Shown here piece after piece: positions 53,117-57,144 of a stretch of DNA of 57,144 nt. Origin of the DNA: an uncultured Cyanobium sp. (GTDB lineage: Bacteria > Cyanobacteriota > Cyanobacteriia > PCC-6307 > Cyanobiaceae); the NCBI GenBank assembly GCA_964455575.1, contig CAYVWU010000001.1, positions 1 to 57,144 of the forward strand, written 5' to 3'. Each line of letters opens with the position of its first letter. Position 1 is the first letter of the stretch. The notes beneath the pieces are model-generated. The model made no database searches, had not been told where the DNA came from, and saw only the letters and a list, made by a program, of their open reading frames with translations. Both the position numbers and the translations under genes were made by a program.

Positions 53117-54994
53117 TCACGCGTCTCCAGGAGGGTCATCGCGCGAGAACGCCAGGCAACTGCGCCATTGGTCCCGGTGGCGCCCATGCTCGGGCTGGTG
53201 GGTCTCCATGGAGCGAAGAATGGTGTCCAGGATGTGCACCGTGGCTGTGAGGTTGGGCCCCTTGTTGAGCATCAGGGCGTCAGCCCTGGCCCCCATGGCC
53301 GCATCCGTGATCTCGGCCCGGGTGGGGATGCCGCGGCGGACCATCGATTCGAGCACCTGGGTGGCCCAGATGCAGGGCACGTGGGCCGCGGCGCAGAGGT
53401 GCAAGATTTCCTCCTGGATTTCCGCCAGCGCCTCCCAGCCACACTCAATCGCCAGATCGCCGCGGGCGATCATCACGCCGAGGGGAGCGGGCCGGGCCAT
53501 GGCCGCCAGGAGCAGGCGCGGCAGTTGAAGGACAGCCTCAAGGGTTTCGATCTTCAACACCAGGCTGAGCTGGTCCAACCCCCGGTTGGCGCAGTGCTGG
53601 TGCAGAGCTTCGATGTCCGCCACCCGATGGACGAAGGAATAGTTGAGGAGATCGGCATGGGCGGCGGCGAAGGTCAGATCCTCGAGATCCTTCGGGGTGA
53701 GGGCCGGGAGGGAGAGGCCACTTTCAGGGAGGTTGATGCCCTTGTCCGCCCGCAGGCGGTAGCCCCGGGCGGGGGCGGCGGTGATGCGCAGCAGCAGCTC
53801 CTCGGGATGGACAGCCTCGATCCGGCCCTGAAGCCGACCGTCATCGAAGACCACAGGCTCGCCCACGCGAACCTGGCGGAACACCGCCGGACAGCTGCAG
53901 GGAATGGCATCGGCCGCGTCGGTGGCGGCGGCGGTGAGACGCAGGGCATCCCCCACCCGCAGCAGGCGCTCCCCCGGCACGGCGGGCAGGGGAGCCACCA
54001 CAAGACAACCCTTGCCACCCTCCTCGGCAAACCGCAAGCCCGCCGTGAACCGGCAACGCTGCGGACAACTCAGCCGCGCCCCCGCCGGGCCCACAGCCAG
54101 CACCTGCAGCTCCCGCCAACGGCCGGAGGCATCGCGCCCCCGCAGGCGCTGGCCCGCCTCCAAAGTGTGCCAACCCTCCCTCAACACGGGCAGAAGCGTC
54201 CGGGTGCCGCCGTTGGTCCTCTCCACGCCGCCCGTCGGGTCCATCGCCAGCCGGTCGCCCTTTTCCGGCTGAGGGACGGCGAGGAGGCGCGCGGGCTGGA
54301 GGAGGCGCCCGTAGCGATCGCGGCGGGGTCGGCCGTCCACCACGCCGGGCTCCGGGGGGAGCGGTCCCGTGCGGAGCTTGGGGCCCGCCAGATCCATGGC
54401 GACGCGACAGTCCCGACCGGTGGCCCGCCTGGCCAGGCGGATGTTGTCGATGCAGCGACGCCAGATGGCGGGGGAGTCGTGGGCGCAGTTGATGCGCGCC
54501 AGGCCCATGCCCGCCTCCACCAGTTCGGCGACCCAGGCGGGCTGGTCGGCCGCCTCCGCGGGCAGGGTGACCATGATGATCCGCGCTTCGGGCGGCGCGG
54601 TGGGACCGAAGAGGGCCTGACCATGCCGCAGGCGCAGATCCCGGGCGCGGCGCGGGCTGGGACCGTCCAGCGGGGTGTCGGGTTCGGGATCGACGCCGGC
54701 TGAAGCCCCCTCCTGCAGGCGCAGGGCACGGATCACCGCCTCCAGGGAGGCGGCCAGATGGGCATCGCATCCCTCCAGGGAGCTCAATCCCCGCTCGCGC
54801 AGGGCGGTGATCAACCCCGGATGGTCGCTCTGGTGAAAGGCGATGAAATGAATCAGGTTGCGGGCGCTCTCCCGGTAGGCGGGGGCGACGGCCGCCAGGG
54901 AGGGCCCCTCCTTGAGCTCCAGGGCCCCAAGGTGCTGACGAAGGCGCCGCAGGTCGTCCAGCAGAGACACGGGCCAGGGCCGGGGCGCTCCCAT
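53117..54994 (-). CDS. pyk: Pyruvate kinase, atypical (expanded lid domain, no C-terminal domain)
   Basis: ARINCAH, DLAGPKLRT, KGINLP, LKIET, IARGDL, ATQVLESM and PTRAEITD motifs. Confidence 0.88.
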   Translation of the reverse strand: MGAPRPWPVSLLDDLRRLRQHLGALELKEGPSLAAVAPAYRESARNLIHFIAFHQSDHPGLITALRERGLSSLEGCDAHLAASLEAVIRALRLQEGASAGVDPEPDTPLDGPSPRRARDLRLRHGQALFGPTAPPEARIIMVTLPAEAADQPAWVAELVEAGMGLARINCAHDSPAIWRRCIDNIRLARRATGRDCRVAMDLAGPKLRTGPLPPEPGVVDGRPRRDRYGRLLQPARLLAVPQPEKGDRLAMDPTGGVERTNGGTRTLLPVLREGWHTLEAGQRLRGRDASGRWRELQVLAVGPAGARLSCPQRCRFTAGLRFAEEGGKGCLVVAPLPAVPGERLLRVGDALRLTAAATDAADAIPCSCPAVFRQVRVGEPVVFDDGRLQGRIEAVHPEELLLRITAAPARGYRLRADKGINLPESGLSLPALTPKDLEDLTFAAAHADLLNYSFVHRVADIEALHQHCANRGLDQLSLVLKIETLEAVLQLPRLLLAAMARPAPLGVMIARGDLAIECGWEALAEIQEEILHLCAAAHVPCIWATQVLESMVRRGIPTRAEITDAAMGARADALMLNKGPNLTATVHILDTILRSMETHQPEHGRHRDQWRSCLAFSRDDPPGDA

Positions 54995-55020
54995 TCTCCG
55001 CCGATTCGGCGGGGAAGAGG

Positions 55021-56649
55021 TTAAGAAGCGGGCAAGGAGCGGGACAACGGGATGGCGAGCAGCCGCCGTCTGAGGCGATCCGCCAGCTCCTCCCCCAGCA
55101 GGGTGAGGCTGGCGTAGACCAGCACCAGGGCCAGGAGGCGCTCCCAAGCGAAGGCACTGAGACTCTCCAGCAGTTGGCTGCCCAGCCCGGTCGCGCCCAC
55201 CAGGCCCACCACCACTGTCTCCCGCAGGATCACATCGGTGCGGTAGGCGCCATAGGCGAGGTAGGGATGGGCGACGGCGCTGAAGGCGCCGTAAAGGAGG
55301 CTCAGGCGAGGACCGGCGCCCAGCAGGGCCAAGGCCTGCCGCGGACCCGAGGGGGCATCCTCCAGCCCTTCCAGCAGGAGGCGGCCGAGGATGCCCAGGT
55401 TGTGAAAGCCCAGGGCCAGAGCCGCCGTCAGCAGGCCGGGGCGCAGGACAAACAGCAGCAGCAGGGCCGTGAGGGGGGGCGGCCAGAGGCGGCCCAGAGC
55501 CCAGACCAGACGCACCATCCCCCGGGCCCAGGGCCATGGCTCCACCAGCAGCAGCAACAGGGGCGCCAGACCGACGGCCAGGGCTCCGGCGAGAAGCGTC
55601 AAGGCCAGGGTGCTGGAGATGAGGGCGGGCCACGGCAGCCGGAGCACGGAATCCCAGTGGGGCGTGCCCAGCGGGGGCAAGGGCTGAACCAGGGTCAGAT
55701 CCCCCGGGTTCACTCCCAGGGCTCCACCCACCCCCCAGCAGAGCAGCGGAAGCAGCAACGCCATCAGCGCCAGTTCCCGGCCCCCCGCGGCCAGCGGCCG
55801 CGTCGCTCCCTCTCCGGGGTGGGCCAAGCGCAACCGCCTGGGCGAGAGCCAGCGGCGACGCAGGGCCGCCAGGCCCCCCTCCAAGAGCAGCATGGCGCCG
55901 AGCAGAACCCAGAGCCCGCACCAGAGCTCGCGAAATTCCAGGGATTGCAGGGTGAGCCGCAGCTCGGTGCCCAGTCCGCCCAGCCCGAACACGCCCAGCA
56001 AGGTGGCGCTGCGCAGAGCGCATTCCAGTCGATATCCCCCGTAGCTGAGCAGCCCCGGCAGAAGGGCGGGACCGAGGGCGGTCAGCAGGGCGCTGGGGGC
56101 GCCCGCGCCGGCGCAGCGGAGCGCCTCCAGGCGGGACGTGTCCAACCCATCGAGCTGATCCGCCAAGACCCGCGCCACCAGAGCGCTGTAGGGCAGGGCG
56201 ATCGCCACGACAGCGACCACGGGCCGCAGCCCGAGAAGTTGCAGCAGCAGCAAGCCCCACAGCAGCTCATGGAGGGAGCGGGGAAGGGCCAGCAGGCGCC
56301 GCAGAAAAGTGGCGGGCCAGAGCTGGCCCGTGGTCTCCCGCCAGAGGGTGCGGGAGCTGGCGCATCCCAACAGCAGGCCGCCGAGCAGGCTGGTCGTCCA
56401 CCCGAGGAGGGCCATGCCCAGGGTGATGGCCAAACCCTCGAGAGCGGACCGCCACACCAGGGGATCGGTGGAAGGATGCACGGCGGCCAGAAGGAAACGG
56501 CCCACGAGATCCCACCCTCCGGCGTGCACCTGGCCGGGCAGGACGAGAAGCACCGGCAGCGCCACCAAGGCGGGGAGGAGGGGGAGCAGGGGCGCGGCCG
56601 GATGCCAGCGGGTCGGCGGATCGCCCGGGAACGGGGAGGACTCAGCCAT
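55021..56649 (-). CDS. phnE: Phosphonate/phosphite ABC permease (fused double PhnE/PtxC domains)
   Basis: Two EAA-loop permease modules; YRLECALRSATLLG.FGLGGLG and YRTDVILRETVVVGLVGATGLG. Confidence 0.88.
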   Translation of the reverse strand: MAESSPFPGDPPTRWHPAAPLLPLLPALVALPVLLVLPGQVHAGGWDLVGRFLLAAVHPSTDPLVWRSALEGLAITLGMALLGWTTSLLGGLLLGCASSRTLWRETTGQLWPATFLRRLLALPRSLHELLWGLLLLQLLGLRPVVAVVAIALPYSALVARVLADQLDGLDTSRLEALRCAGAGAPSALLTALGPALLPGLLSYGGYRLECALRSATLLGVFGLGGLGTELRLTLQSLEFRELWCGLWVLLGAMLLLEGGLAALRRRWLSPRRLRLAHPGEGATRPLAAGGRELALMALLLPLLCWGVGGALGVNPGDLTLVQPLPPLGTPHWDSVLRLPWPALISSTLALTLLAGALAVGLAPLLLLLVEPWPWARGMVRLVWALGRLWPPPLTALLLLFVLRPGLLTAALALGFHNLGILGRLLLEGLEDAPSGPRQALALLGAGPRLSLLYGAFSAVAHPYLAYGAYRTDVILRETVVVGLVGATGLGSQLLESLSAFAWERLLALVLVYASLTLLGEELADRLRRRLLAIPLSRSLPAS

Positions 56650-57144
56650 CGGCAGGGGCCGCACCGGCGTAGAGGTCCGCCAGCAGCGAAGGATCGAGGG
56701 AGGAGGCCGGCACGTCGAACCACAGGGTCCCCTGGCGCAGGCCGAGGACCCGATCAAATCCCGCCAGTAGATCCGGGCGATGCAACGACAGCAGGACGGC
56801 CCTGGGCGCCTGGCCCAGACGCAGCAGCAGCTCGAGCACCTCCCGGGCGCGGCGCGGGTCCAGGCTGGCCAGGGGTTCGTCGAGCAACCAGATCTGCGCG
56901 TCCTGGCGCAGCAGGCGGGCGATCGCCACCCGCTGACGCTGGCCGCCCGACAGCTCCGCCACGGCCCGCGGCAGGAGTGCCGCCTCAAGGTCAACCCGGG
57001 CCAGGGCCGCGGCGTTGGCCTCCGTCTCCAGGGGCGCCAGGAGGTTGAGCCAGGCCTTGGGCCAACTCCACTGGGCCAAGCGAGCGGCGTTGAGGTTCTG
57101 CTGCACGCTCAGCTCCTCGATCAGGCGCAGGTCCTGCCAGAGGG
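56642..57144 (-). CDS. phnC: Phosphonate/phosphite ABC ATPase (3' part)
   Basis: WQDLRLIEELSVQQN, LSGGQRQRVAIAR, LDEPLASLDP and SLH motifs; overlaps the phnE start. Confidence 0.88.
   Translation of the reverse strand, partial: LWQDLRLIEELSVQQNLNAARLAQWSWPKAWLNLLAPLETEANAAALARVDLEAALLPRAVAELSGGQRQRVAIARLLRQDAQIWLLDEPLASLDPRRAREVLELLLRLGQAPRAVLLSLHRPDLLAGFDRVLGLRQGTLWFDVPASSLDPSLLADLYAGAAPADG

Noticed and set aside
53117-56260. Apparent 1047-aa giant pyruvate kinase fusion
   Set aside because: The N-terminal ~420 aa is an off-frame read of phnE (R/P/G/A-rich); PK-like sequence starts near 54994.
55174-57048. 624-aa plus-strand ORF and similar long antisense ORFs (896-2164, 12917-14098, 37195-38439, 53168-54703)
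   Set aside because: Shadows of well-supported genes on the opposite strand in high-GC DNA; no recognisable motifs.

Overview
Chromosomal segment of a picocyanobacterium (Synechococcus/Cyanobium-like, inferred from gene content and order). About 1-23 kb is core genome: purQ-purS, a cobalamin riboswitch-hupE-cobW unit, upp, ilvD, pgl-gnd-glgC-hemA-glpX, rpe, ccsB-lptFG-lptB-lptA-typA and chlP. About 23-44 kb is an accessory-looking nutrient block: corA, pstS-ptrA-phoB-phoR with Pho boxes, a degenerate exbB-exbD-exbD-tonB-like operon, cysK, amtB plus a second PII gene, arsS, a retropepsin-like protease, an AEC transporter, a GT61 gene and several small unknown genes. About 44-57 kb holds mfd, a HEXXH protein, a gapA-type GAPDH, terC/terB-family genes, a eukaryote-like cyclophilin, an atypical pyruvate kinase and phnE-phnC. 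I saw no rRNA, tRNA, CRISPR array, transposase or prophage. The best candidate for an undescribed system is the four-gene ExbB/ExbD/ExbD/TonB-like operon (29009-31156): both ExbD-like subunits lack the essential transmembrane aspartate, and the TonB-like partner has a C-terminal domain I do not recognise. All family assignments come from motif recognition by eye; no searches were run.
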